Of a stretch of DNA of 64,000 bases, positions 49,379 to 58,932 are shown piece after piece. The position numbers and the translations under genes were made by a program. The notes under the pieces were generated by a model. The model ran no database searches and was not told the DNA's origin. It saw only the letters and a program-made list of their open reading frames with translations. How positions within the stretch are numbered: the first letter of the stretch is position 1; every line of letters starts with the position of its first letter. The stretch comes from Candidatus Nanopelagicales bacterium (GTDB lineage: Bacteria > Actinomycetota > Actinomycetes > S36-B12 > UBA5976): positions 26,427-90,426 of the forward strand of contig JBIISC010000002.1 in NCBI GenBank assembly GCA_044341215.1, given 5' to 3'.

Positions 49379-50670
49379 CGCTTATCTAGCGGGGTGTAAT
49401 CCCGAATTGGTGAGCCAACATAAACCTGACGTGGGCGACCAATCTTGGTGTTTGGATCTTCAATCATTTCACGCCACTGAGCAATCCAGCCTGGTAAACG
49501 GCCAAGTGCGAAAAGCACAGTGAACATTTGATCTGGGAAACCCATCGCGCGATAAATCAATCCGGTATAGAAGTCCACATTTGGATAAAGCTTGCGAGAA
49601 ATAAAGTATTCGTCATTTAGTGCTGCTTCTTCAAGTCTCATAGCGATGTCGAATAGCGGATCAGTCACATTCATTTCTTTGAAGACTTCGTGAGCTGCTT
49701 TCTTGATAATTGCTGCCCGTGGGTCGTAGTTCTTGTAGACCCGGTGACCAAAGCCCATCAAACGTACGCCATCTTCTTTGTTCTTTACCTTGCGGATGAA
49801 CTCGCTTACACCTTCACCAGATTGGTGAATCTCGGTAAGCATTTCCAGCACAGCTTGGTTAGCGCCACCGTGAAGTGGTCCAAACAAAGCGTTAATGCCT
49901 GCAGAAATTGAAGCAAAAATATTTGCGTGGGAAGAGCCGACCAAGCGGACGGTGGAAGTTGAGCAGTTTTGTTCATGATCAGCATGCAAAATCAAAAGCA
50001 AATTGAGCACTTTGTTCATCAAAGGACTTGGTTTGAAATCCTGTGTTGGCACACCGAAAACCATCCAAAGGAAGTTGTCGATTAAATCCAAGTCATTTCT
50101 TGGATACATCAAGGGTTGACCTGCGCTGTTTTTGTATGCATAGGCAGCCAATGTTGGCATCTTGGCTAATAAACGGATTGTTGAAATATGAACTTGCTCT
50201 TCATCGAATGGGTCGAGCGAGTCTTGGAAGAATGTTGAAAGCGCACTTACTGCAGAAGAAAGAACTGCCATTGGATGTGCATCCGATGGAAAACCTTCGA
50301 AGAAGCGACGAAGGTCTTCGTGAACCATTGTGTGACGTGCGATATTTTGTTCGAAAGATTCGAGATCTGATTTCGAAGGCAAGTCTCCATAAATCAACAA
50401 GTAAGCAACTTCATAAAAAGATGAACTTGCGGCAAGTTGTTCGATTGGATATCCGCGATAAAGCAGAACTCCTTCTTCGCCATCAATAAAAGTTATTGCC
50501 GATGAACAGGATGCGGTATTAGTGAAACCTGCATCTAAAGTGACCAAGCCGGTTTCACTTAAAAGTTTGTCGATTCCAAAACCGGAATTGCCAATCGTGG
50601 CTGGAACTATATTGAAAGTTAGCTCCTTCTCACCTGCTGTGAGATTTACTTTGTCTAATGAATTAGTCAC
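49375..50670 (-). CDS. gltA: citrate synthase
   Basis: LHADHEQN, GFGHRVYK, NVDFYTG. 431 aa. GTG start. Confidence 0.96.
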   Translation of the reverse strand: MTNSLDKVNLTAGEKELTFNIVPATIGNSGFGIDKLLSETGLVTLDAGFTNTASCSSAITFIDGEEGVLLYRGYPIEQLAASSSFYEVAYLLIYGDLPSKSDLESFEQNIARHTMVHEDLRRFFEGFPSDAHPMAVLSSAVSALSTFFQDSLDPFDEEQVHISTIRLLAKMPTLAAYAYKNSAGQPLMYPRNDLDLIDNFLWMVFGVPTQDFKPSPLMNKVLNLLLILHADHEQNCSTSTVRLVGSSHANIFASISAGINALFGPLHGGANQAVLEMLTEIHQSGEGVSEFIRKVKNKEDGVRLMGFGHRVYKNYDPRAAIIKKAAHEVFKEMNVTDPLFDIAMRLEEAALNDEYFISRKLYPNVDFYTGLIYRAMGFPDQMFTVLFALGRLPGWIAQWREMIEDPNTKIGRPRQVYVGSPIRDYTPLDKR

Positions 50671-50755
50671 GCTCTTAGAATACCCACGAGTATCGAGTGG
50701 AACGAATTCCAGGGCGATCTCACACCAGTTCTATGTGCTTTAAGTTACCTGTGGG

Positions 50756-51880
50756 TTAAGTTAAACGCGAAACTAATGCCGAAATCCGCTCATCTGAGGC
50801 GGTCAGAGCGATTCGTACATGCTCGTTGCCAGCATCTCCGTAAAAGGCGCCAGGCGCTACTAGTGCCCCTTGCTCGGCAAACCAAGCGACCGTCTGCCAG
50901 CAGTCCTCTGCCCGGGTTGCCCATAGGTATAGCCCAGCATCAGAATGGTCAATTTTGAAGCCAGCTTTTTCGAGAGCTGGTTTAAGTAGGTCTCGACGAT
51001 TTTTATATGTGGTGTGTTGTTTTTGGACATGATCATCGTCGTTAAAAGCCGCAACTGCAGCTGCTTGAACTGGAAGTGCAGTTAGCATCCCAGCGTGCTT
51101 TCGGATTTCTAATATTTGCGAAACTAGTTCATTATCTCCAACCAAAACTCCTGCCCGATAGCCAGCAAAGTTGGATCTCTTGGATAACGAATGGACAGCC
51201 AGAATATTTCTTGCAGATTTTCCAATTACATTCTTATGCAATATTGAAATAGGTGTTGTGGTCCAACCAAGTTCAACATAGCACTCATCGCTAACCACAA
51301 TCACATCGTGTTTTTGTGCCCACTGCACAATATCGCGTAACTCAATTTCAGATAAAACTTTGCCGGTTGGGTTTGATGGTGTGTTTATCCAAACCAAAGC
51401 CAACGGTTGCTTGCCAATATCGGCAGCAACTCTCGCTGCTTCTAATTGGTCAACTCCATCAGCTGTGACTACTTCACAACCTGCAATAAGAGCACCAACT
51501 TTGTAAGTTGGGTATGCCACAGCAGGAATTGCAATCGTGTGGTGTTTATCTAGATTTAAGAGAGTTGGCAACCAAGCGACTATTTCTTTACTGCCAATGG
51601 TCGGTATTACATTGTCTGTCGTCGCAATTTGCACATCGAGTTTTCGTTTCAACCAATCAACAGCGGCTGTACGAAATTCAATAGTGCCGATTGTGGTTGG
51701 GTAACCAGGCGTATTGGAATTCTTGGCAAGAGCATTTTGAATCACGTCTGGGACAGGGTCGATAGGTGTGCCAATTGAAAGATCAACTATTCCATCTGGA
51801 TGTTGGTTTGCCCTAGCCTTAAATGGAGCTAATGAATCCCACGGAAAATCCGGTAAAGAATGTGGGGTGAAAACTCCCAC
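50756..51880 (-). CDS. dapC: succinyldiaminopimelate transaminase (class I aminotransferase)
   Basis: PLP-Lys region SLSKRSNFAGYRAG. Sits immediately downstream of ferredoxin, as in the fdxC-Rv1178 arrangement recalled from M. tuberculosis. Confidence 0.8.
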   Translation of the reverse strand: MGVFTPHSLPDFPWDSLAPFKARANQHPDGIVDLSIGTPIDPVPDVIQNALAKNSNTPGYPTTIGTIEFRTAAVDWLKRKLDVQIATTDNVIPTIGSKEIVAWLPTLLNLDKHHTIAIPAVAYPTYKVGALIAGCEVVTADGVDQLEAARVAADIGKQPLALVWINTPSNPTGKVLSEIELRDIVQWAQKHDVIVVSDECYVELGWTTTPISILHKNVIGKSARNILAVHSLSKRSNFAGYRAGVLVGDNELVSQILEIRKHAGMLTALPVQAAAVAAFNDDDHVQKQHTTYKNRRDLLKPALEKAGFKIDHSDAGLYLWATRAEDCWQTVAWFAEQGALVAPGAFYGDAGNEHVRIALTASDERISALVSRLT

Positions 51881-51885
51881 AGCAA

Positions 51886-52203
51886 TTAGCCCTTTGGAGG
51901 TAGGTCGCGGGTCAGCGTTGAATCTTTGTGCTGAGGTCCGAGTTTGGCAGCTCCGCCAGGAGAACCGATACCTTCGAAGAATTCAATAGTGGCTTCGGTG
52001 TAATCCTTTTGCTCAGTTGGAAGATCATCTTCATAGAAGATCGCATTAACTGGGCAAACTGGTTCGCAAGCGCCACAATCGACACATTCATCTGGATGGA
52101 TGTAGAGCATGCGGTCACCTTCGTAGATGCAATCCACTGGGCATTCTTCAATGCAAGCCTTGTCTTTTACGTCCACACAAGCAGCAGCAATTACGTAGGT
52201 CAC
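51886..52203 (-). CDS. fdxA: 7Fe ferredoxin ([3Fe-4S][4Fe-4S])
   Basis: MTYVIAAACVDVKDKACIEECPVDCIYEG...CVDCGACEPVCP. AGGAGAA SD. GTG start. Confidence 0.95.
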   Translation of the reverse strand: MTYVIAAACVDVKDKACIEECPVDCIYEGDRMLYIHPDECVDCGACEPVCPVNAIFYEDDLPTEQKDYTEATIEFFEGIGSPGGAAKLGPQHKDSTLTRDLPPKG

Positions 52204-52315
52204 AGAATTCTCCTAATTTACAAAGTGACTAGGCGGCAAACGCTACCCACAAACTCTCATATTTGCACCGAAATGCGAGAGGGTTTTACCAAAAGTTTAC
52301 TCTTAGAGTGACCCC

Positions 52316-53677
52316 GTGTTGCGTTTGTATGACACCGCCTTGAAGGCGGTCACCGAGATTGAGCCTAGCGATGGCCAGATACTGAAGATTTATGCATGTG
52401 GCCCGACCGTTTATCGAACCGCCCATGTGGGGAATCTACGCACCTTCCTACTAACCGATTTGATTGTGCGAGCCGCAGAGTTGGCAGATTTTGAAACGTT
52501 TGTTGTGCAAAATATTACCGATGTGGGACACCTACTAAACGATTCACAGGACAAGCTTTTACAACAAGCTAGCCTTGAAGGTAAAGCTGCATTAGAAATT
52601 GCTGCCTACTACGAAGAAATATTTCACCAGGATCTCGCACATCTAAACATTATTCCAGCGGATGTCTATCCGCACGCAAGCGAAACTATTGAATTGATGC
52701 AGGAACTTATCAAGGTGCTAATCAAAAAAGGTTTTGCATATGTTGGAAAAGATGGTTCGGTTTACTTTGCTGCCCAAAAGTTTGCAGATTATGGGTCGTT
52801 AAGCGGTAATCGGTTAGAGAATTTAAAACCAGGTCACCGATTTGGTGGCGAAGTTGATGAGAATAAGAATTTTCATGCCGATTGGGCGCTATGGAAAATT
52901 GCTCCCGATACCCGCACCGAACTTGTATGGGATTCACCGTGGGGCAAAGGCTTTCCAGGCTGGCATGTGGAATGTACGGCAATGAGCTTGCATCATCTTG
53001 GCCAAGTGGTTGATGTCCACACTGGTGGAATTGACCTGAGATTCCCTCACCATGAAGACGAGCGCGCGCAAAGCAATGCTGCCACCGGAGAAGAAGTAGT
53101 AAAACATTGGGTTCATGCTGAGCACCTGCTTTTCGAAGGTAGAAAAATGGCAAAGTCCACCGGCAATGTGGTTTTGCTTTCAGATGTTATTGAAAAAGGC
53201 TATGACCCACTGGCATTGCGTTTAGCGTTCATGCAAAGTCGTTATCGCACCCAATTGGATATGAGCTGGGATGCAATCAAGGCGGCCCATATTCAGATAG
53301 AAAAATGGCGGACCAAAGCCCAATTTGCAAATGAGGATGGCTACCCAGTGGAGTATGAAAAGGCATTTACTGATTTTGTACTTGAAGACCTTGACACTCC
53401 ACGCGCAATAAGCGTGATTCGTGAAGCTGAAAAAGTTCTAAGTGAATCTGCTTTTGCTGATTTCCTAATTTGGGCCGACCTTTTCCTAGGCCTTGATTTA
53501 GATCGGGCACCAAAGCAAGTTGAAGTCCCGCAAGAAGTGTTGGATCTATTGGAAATACGTTCTGCTGCCCGAATGAATAAAGACTGGGCAGAAAGCGACA
53601 GAGTTCGCGACCAAATAGCTGCCCTAGGATTTTCAGTTAATGACAATCCGGATGGAACCGATGTATTACCGCTTTAA
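52316..53677 (+). CDS. cysS: cysteine--tRNA ligase (variant HVGN / KMAKS motifs)
   Basis: YACGPTVYRTAHVGN, DWALWK, SPWGKGFPGWHVECTAMS, FPHHEDERAQS, KMAKSTGN. The C-terminal tail DWAESDRVRDQIAALGFSVNDNPDGT argues for true CysRS rather than MshC. Confidence 0.85.
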   Translation: MLRLYDTALKAVTEIEPSDGQILKIYACGPTVYRTAHVGNLRTFLLTDLIVRAAELADFETFVVQNITDVGHLLNDSQDKLLQQASLEGKAALEIAAYYEEIFHQDLAHLNIIPADVYPHASETIELMQELIKVLIKKGFAYVGKDGSVYFAAQKFADYGSLSGNRLENLKPGHRFGGEVDENKNFHADWALWKIAPDTRTELVWDSPWGKGFPGWHVECTAMSLHHLGQVVDVHTGGIDLRFPHHEDERAQSNAATGEEVVKHWVHAEHLLFEGRKMAKSTGNVVLLSDVIEKGYDPLALRLAFMQSRYRTQLDMSWDAIKAAHIQIEKWRTKAQFANEDGYPVEYEKAFTDFVLEDLDTPRAISVIREAEKVLSESAFADFLIWADLFLGLDLDRAPKQVEVPQEVLDLLEIRSAARMNKDWAESDRVRDQIAALGFSVNDNPDGTDVLPL

Positions 53678-53711
53678 TTGAACGAAAATTGTTTTTAGTT
53701 CGTAAACAAAT

Positions 53712-53818
53712 CAAGCAAGTAAAAATCTGTTAAGCAAGTGAAAATCTATTAGCGAGCAAAACTATTAGGCAAGCTATTTTGTTTAGCAAGCTATTCTGTT
53801 AAGCAAGTAAATCTGTTT
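53712..53818. repeat. degenerate tandem array, 6 units of 16-20 bp, consensus A(A)GCAAG-N6-9-CT(G/A)TT
   Basis: Units are caagcaagtaaaaatctgtt / aagcaagtgaaaatctatt / agcgagcaaaactatt / aggcaagctattttgttt / agcaagctattctgtt / aagcaagtaaatctgttt. The last unit lies inside the mshB 3' end. Confidence 0.8.
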
Positions 53819-54668
53819 CGTATTTTTCGCCTGGTTTAGTTCCGAGTTGGCCACTGACTAATCGGTAATACTCAGTGCCGTAGAAATCGTCACCTAACAT
53901 TTCGAAAGCTGCAAAAAATCCATCTGTGATATCAATCTGAGTACCGTGGGCGCGAATTGCGTCTTTCTTTTTGCCAACCTGGTTTGTTAAAACCAATTTT
54001 GTGGTGACCACTTCATCATCAGTAAGAAATGGCACATCTCCTGGCGACATTTCTAAAAATTCATGGGTTGCACCCATGTCCCGAAGCTTTTGCATCGCAC
54101 TAGCCATTTCGCCGCGAGGTGTGGTGTTCCAGTAAATCTTTGGAATTTGCCATGGCTCGCCAAGTTCTGCTTTGAATCCGCGCAGACCTGCGAGTTGGGC
54201 AGCATGCATCGCAACTCGATGAGCTTTGATGTGATCTGGGTGGCCATAGCCGCCGAACTCGTCATAAGTGGCCATAACTTGGGGTTTGAGTTCACGAATA
54301 ATCTTTACTAAATGCAAACTTGCTTCTAGCAAATCTGCCTGCCAAAAACATTCTGGCCGATTGTTGCTCGCTTCGCCCATCATTCCGCTGTCGCGATAGT
54401 TGGCAAAACCACCTAGGAAACGATGATCTGCTACCCCAAGTGCATCCATCGCATTTGCCAGTTCAATTTTGCGGTGTTCGCCGAGTTTGTCGGTTTGTGA
54501 CGCAGCTAGGTGAGCCAAATCTGAGATTAGGACTTCACCCTCTTCGCCGGCTGTGCAAGTGACTAGGGCAACGTGGTGGCCATTTTCAGCGTAGTGAGCC
54601 ATGGCGACACCGTTATTGATGGTTTCATCATCTGGGTGGGCGTGGACAAATAACAAAGTTGATTTCAC
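53799..54668 (-). CDS. mshB: PIG-L family deacetylase, MshB-like (GlcNAc-Ins deacetylase)
   Basis: LLFVHAHPDDET, GYGHPDHI. 289 aa. The MshB versus Mca (paralogue) call rests on recalled neighbourhood only. Confidence 0.75.
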   Translation of the reverse strand: MKSTLLFVHAHPDDETINNGVAMAHYAENGHHVALVTCTAGEEGEVLISDLAHLAASQTDKLGEHRKIELANAMDALGVADHRFLGGFANYRDSGMMGEASNNRPECFWQADLLEASLHLVKIIRELKPQVMATYDEFGGYGHPDHIKAHRVAMHAAQLAGLRGFKAELGEPWQIPKIYWNTTPRGEMASAMQKLRDMGATHEFLEMSPGDVPFLTDDEVVTTKLVLTNQVGKKKDAIRAHGTQIDITDGFFAAFEMLGDDFYGTEYYRLVSGQLGTKPGEKYETDLLA

Positions 54669-54712
54669 CGGCTGAGCCTAATTGAATCTGGCAATAGGGC
54701 AGGATTAACACC

Positions 54713-56803
54713 ATGACTAATTGCAACTGCCGAAAAATAGACAACGACTACCCAGAACGTGCTGCCTTAACCGGTAATTTCCGTAAAGGTGCACCCCGAA
54801 GTTTTGTAGTCAATAGCCAAAGTAAGCGAGTTGGCTTTGTTAGAACTTCTGGTCCGGATTCGGCTCAACTTGATTTGTGGGTAGTTGAAAATCTAGATGG
54901 CAAACCATCTGAGCGTTGCGTTGTTAAAGCAAATGATTTGTTTTCCGATAGCGAAAACCTAAGTGCCACCGAAAGAGCTCGCCGCGAAAGATTGCGCGAA
55001 TCAGGGGCAGGCATCACTGCATTTAGTGTCGACTCAGATTTTTCTGCAGTTACTTTTGCACTATCTGGTCAACTTTGGCATGTCACAATCGATGGCAAAG
55101 CAAAGCGAGTTGGCAACTATGACTCGGTTGTTGATCCAACAATTAGCCCAGATGGAAAATTGATTGCATTCAGCGAGGGTGCTGATTTTGTAGTTGCAGC
55201 AATCGATGGCAAGGAAGTTTTCCGAAAGGCTTCTGAAGGGCAATACATCACCTATGGTTTGGCAGATTTCATTGCATCTGAAGAACTTGGCCGCTACCGA
55301 GGACATTGGTGGAGCCCAGAAAGTAATGCAATTTTATTCGAGCGAAACGATGAGACCCAAGTCGATGTTAGGTGGATTGCCGATCCAACATTTCCAGAAT
55401 CCGAACCTCGACCACATAAGTACCCATCTGCTGGAACTAAGAATTCAGAAGTTGGTCTCTTCGTTTTAAATCTAGAAACTGGCAATGCAGCCGAATTGAA
55501 TTGGGATAAGAAAACATTTGAATACTTGGGTCAAGTCTCTTGGGGCAAAGCTGGGGCACATATCAGCGTCTTAAATCGGGCTCAAGATCAAATGATTGGC
55601 TACACGATCAATCAAGACTCACTTGCACAAATCAAACTCGGCAAAGAAAGCCAACTCACCGATATCTATAAATGCTCGGATAAGCATTGGCTAAATGCGG
55701 AAACAAATTTTCCAGCTGTTAAGTCGAATGGCGAAATATTCACAAAAGATGACGCGTCAACAATTGCTGGCGTCGAGCCATACACACTTGTTGCTTTAAA
55801 TGAAACCGACTTCATCATTGGTCACTACAACGAACCTTGGCAATTTCAATTCTCAAAATTTGGTTTTGATGGCGTGAAAACTGAGTTAACCCGTGCCGAT
55901 GGCTACGCGGGTGGACTATTTGATGGTGATTATGGCATTGCAATTCAACACGCTCTCGATTTACCAACCGCAAAATATCAAGTCAAAAGAAATGGCGAAA
56001 CTATTTACGAAATCGAATCCTTTGCCGAGAAGGCAAAAATCGATCCAAAGCCAATAATTGCTTCTATCAGTGATCGTTCACTTCCAACTGCAGTTTTCTT
56101 TCCAGAAAATCACCAAGTTGGCAGTCACAAACTTCCAGTGGTGGTTTCAATCTACGGTGGTCCACAACACAGCGAAGTGATTGCGGCCACTTCCCCATTT
56201 GCGGGTAACCAATGGTTAGCTAATCAGGGTTACGCCGTTGTCGTCATTGACAATGCGGGCACTCCTGGTAAAGGTGGAGTTTGGGAACGCGAAGTTAAAA
56301 ATGACTTAACTCAAGTAATTTTGAACGATCAAGTTAAAGGTTTGCAGGCAATTTTTGCGCAATATCCAAATGACATGGATTCAACTCGAGTTGGCATCAA
56401 CGGCTGGTCATTTGGTGGATATTTAAGTGCGCTAGCGGTAATTGATCGACCAGATGTTTACCACGCAGCTTGGGCTGGAGCACCAGTAACTGATTGGCGT
56501 CTGTATGACTCTGCTTACTCTGAAAGATACCTTGGTCACCCAGAACAAAATGCCGCTGTTTATGACAATCAATCATTAATCAAGAAGGCATACAAGCTCA
56601 CTCGACCACTTACGTTGATTCATGGGTTAGCTGATGACAATGTCTTGGCAGCGCATTCATTGCAGCTTTCAGGTGCACTTTTGGCAGCGGGAATATCTCA
56701 TAACTTCATTCCATTAGCTGGGGTGTCACATATGACCCCACAGGTGGACATCGCAAAGAACTTAATGTTGTTGATGAGAGATTTCTTCGACGCGAATTTG
56801 TAG
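54713..56803 (+). CDS. S9 family serine peptidase, dipeptidyl-peptidase IV-like
   Basis: N-terminal beta-propeller region. C-terminal catalytic GWSFGGYL (Ser), LIHGLADDNV (Asp), GVSHM (His). Confidence 0.88.
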   Translation: MTNCNCRKIDNDYPERAALTGNFRKGAPRSFVVNSQSKRVGFVRTSGPDSAQLDLWVVENLDGKPSERCVVKANDLFSDSENLSATERARRERLRESGAGITAFSVDSDFSAVTFALSGQLWHVTIDGKAKRVGNYDSVVDPTISPDGKLIAFSEGADFVVAAIDGKEVFRKASEGQYITYGLADFIASEELGRYRGHWWSPESNAILFERNDETQVDVRWIADPTFPESEPRPHKYPSAGTKNSEVGLFVLNLETGNAAELNWDKKTFEYLGQVSWGKAGAHISVLNRAQDQMIGYTINQDSLAQIKLGKESQLTDIYKCSDKHWLNAETNFPAVKSNGEIFTKDDASTIAGVEPYTLVALNETDFIIGHYNEPWQFQFSKFGFDGVKTELTRADGYAGGLFDGDYGIAIQHALDLPTAKYQVKRNGETIYEIESFAEKAKIDPKPIIASISDRSLPTAVFFPENHQVGSHKLPVVVSIYGGPQHSEVIAATSPFAGNQWLANQGYAVVVIDNAGTPGKGGVWEREVKNDLTQVILNDQVKGLQAIFAQYPNDMDSTRVGINGWSFGGYLSALAVIDRPDVYHAAWAGAPVTDWRLYDSAYSERYLGHPEQNAAVYDNQSLIKKAYKLTRPLTLIHGLADDNVLAAHSLQLSGALLAAGISHNFIPLAGVSHMTPQVDIAKNLMLLMRDFFDANL

Positions 56804-56812
56804 ATTTAAAAA

Positions 56813-57916
56813 TTATTCGCCAACAAAGTCGCGGCCACTTGCCGGACCTGAAGTTTGTGGACGGTCAACTTGAATTGAACTCGGTGGCATTGATTGATCA
56901 CTATGCGGACGACGAATTTCAATCGGCTTTTGAAGACTAATCTGTGGGAAATGGCATGCAACTTTGTGACCAGGTGCCACTTCGCGTAGTTCTGGCATAT
57001 CGACTGCACAAAGGTCCTGGGCAAAAACACAACGAGTTCTGAAAACACAACCTGATGGTGGATTGATTGGGCTTGGCAAGTCTCCTTGCAACAAGATTCG
57101 TTCCCGCTGAGATTCAGCTATTGGGTCTGGAAGCGGAACGGCTGACAACAAAGCTTGAGTGTAAGGATGTTGTGGTGCTGCATACAAAGTGTCGCGGTCT
57201 GTAATTTCCATAATGTGGCCGAGATACATAACTGCAACTCGATCTGAGATGTGGCGGACTACCGACAAATCGTGAGCCACAAACAAGTATGAGAGTTTGA
57301 ATTCTTTTTGAATGTCATCTAGCAAGTTCACAACTTGAGCCTGAATCGAAACGTCCAATGCCGAAACTGGTTCATCCAAAACAATGAATGATGGGCGTAG
57401 AGCGATCGAGCGTGCTACACCGATTCTTTGACGTTGCCCACCTGAGAACTCATTTGGATACCGGTTGTAGTGCTCTGGATTGAGCCCTACCCGCTCCATC
57501 AATTCTTGAACGGCCTTTTTAATGCCACCTTCAGGCTTTACGCCTTGAATTTCAAAAGGTGCAGCAATGATTCGACCAACTGTGTGACGAGGATTTAAAG
57601 ATGAATAAGGATCTTGGAAAACCATCTGCATACGAGTGCGCAATGGGCGCAATTCTCTGCGAGATGCCTTGGTGATGTCTTGACCTTCAAAAACTATTTT
57701 TCCGCCAGTTGGATTCAACAATCGAATTGCAGCGCGGCCGGCTGTGGATTTACCGCAACCAGATTCGCCAACGAGTCCAAGTGTTTCACCTTGCAACACA
57801 TCTAATGAGATTCCATCTACTGCTTTTACGTCGCCAGTTTTTACGGTGCGCAAACCAGTTTTCATAACTGGGAAATACATTTGTAGATCGGTAATCGACA
57901 AAATTGGTTCAGTCAT
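56813..57916 (-). CDS. peptide ABC transporter ATP-binding protein (OppF/DppF-like)
   Basis: Walker A GESGCGKST, signature FSGGQRQR, Walker B FIVLDEP. Oligopeptide C-terminal Cys motif plus a roughly 40-aa tail. Confidence 0.92.
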   Translation of the reverse strand: MTEPILSITDLQMYFPVMKTGLRTVKTGDVKAVDGISLDVLQGETLGLVGESGCGKSTAGRAAIRLLNPTGGKIVFEGQDITKASRRELRPLRTRMQMVFQDPYSSLNPRHTVGRIIAAPFEIQGVKPEGGIKKAVQELMERVGLNPEHYNRYPNEFSGGQRQRIGVARSIALRPSFIVLDEPVSALDVSIQAQVVNLLDDIQKEFKLSYLFVAHDLSVVRHISDRVAVMYLGHIMEITDRDTLYAAPQHPYTQALLSAVPLPDPIAESQRERILLQGDLPSPINPPSGCVFRTRCVFAQDLCAVDMPELREVAPGHKVACHFPQISLQKPIEIRRPHSDQSMPPSSIQVDRPQTSGPASGRDFVGE

Positions 57917-58932
57917 TAGTTCCCACCTGCAAGACGTTGTTTGGCAACTGAAATTCGCGCCGAACTCTCTAGATGGCAGCGCACATCATGGCCTGCACGA
58001 GTTTGAAGTAATTCTGGCATTGTGGTGTCGCAGGCATCGCCATTCACATGTGATTTAGCAAAGCAGCGCGGTGCGAATGAGCAACCTGCCGGCAAACGTA
58101 GCAATGACGGTGGTTGACCTTCGATAGGAATTAGACGGTCAGAGATTTGGTCCAGCCGCGGGGCTGAGCTCAGCAATCCAACTGTGTAAGGCATTTCTGG
58201 GCGGTAAAAGATGTCATTTACGGTTCCACGTTCCACAACGCGACCGGCATACATAACCATTACATCTTCTGCAACTTCAGCAACTACACCAAGATCGTGA
58301 GTGATGACGATTACAGCAGAGTTAAATTCCTTTTGCACATCTTTTATCAAAGAAAGAATCTGTGCTTGCACGGTCACGTCCAGCGCAGTGGTCGGTTCGT
58401 CAGCAATCAAAAGAGATGGGTCGTTGCAAAGCGCCATAGCAATCATTGCACGTTGGCGCATACCACCAGAGAATTGGTGTGGGAAATCACTCGCACGCTT
58501 TGCAGGTTCTGGAATACCGACTCGATCAAGCATTTGAATTGCATGATCGAGAGCTTTTTCATCTGAGACATCATTGTGTACTTGATAAGCCTCAGCAACC
58601 TGGTCACCAACACTGAAAAATGGGTGCAGCGATGACATTGGATCTTGAAAAATCATCGCCATTTCATGGCCACGGTAAGAACGAACTGTTTCTTCATCCG
58701 CAGTAATCAAGTTTTTGCCATCAATATTCACTTCACCACTGATGATTGCATGTTTGCGATTTAGCAGGCTCATGATTGCCAAACTAGTTACTGATTTGCC
58801 AGAACCTGATTCACCAACAATACCGAGAGTTTTGCCACGCTCAATATTGAAAGAAACTCCATCAACTGCTTGCACTAAACCATCATCCGTTGGGAAAGCA
58901 ACGCGTAAATCTTTAACTTCTAGATAACTCAT
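57916..58932 (-). CDS. peptide ABC transporter ATP-binding protein (OppD/DppD-like)
   Basis: [29 protein letters not shown]. Confidence 0.92.
   Translation of the reverse strand: MSYLEVKDLRVAFPTDDGLVQAVDGVSFNIERGKTLGIVGESGSGKSVTSLAIMSLLNRKHAIISGEVNIDGKNLITADEETVRSYRGHEMAMIFQDPMSSLHPFFSVGDQVAEAYQVHNDVSDEKALDHAIQMLDRVGIPEPAKRASDFPHQFSGGMRQRAMIAMALCNDPSLLIADEPTTALDVTVQAQILSLIKDVQKEFNSAVIVITHDLGVVAEVAEDVMVMYAGRVVERGTVNDIFYRPEMPYTVGLLSSAPRLDQISDRLIPIEGQPPSLLRLPAGCSFAPRCFAKSHVNGDACDTTMPELLQTRAGHDVRCHLESSARISVAKQRLAGGN

Noticed and set aside
53712-53818. Possible CRISPR array, considered for this repeat and for the one at 18923-18978.
   Set aside because: The units are contiguous with no unique spacers, are shorter than CRISPR repeats, and are degenerate. 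No cas genes or leader occur in the window.
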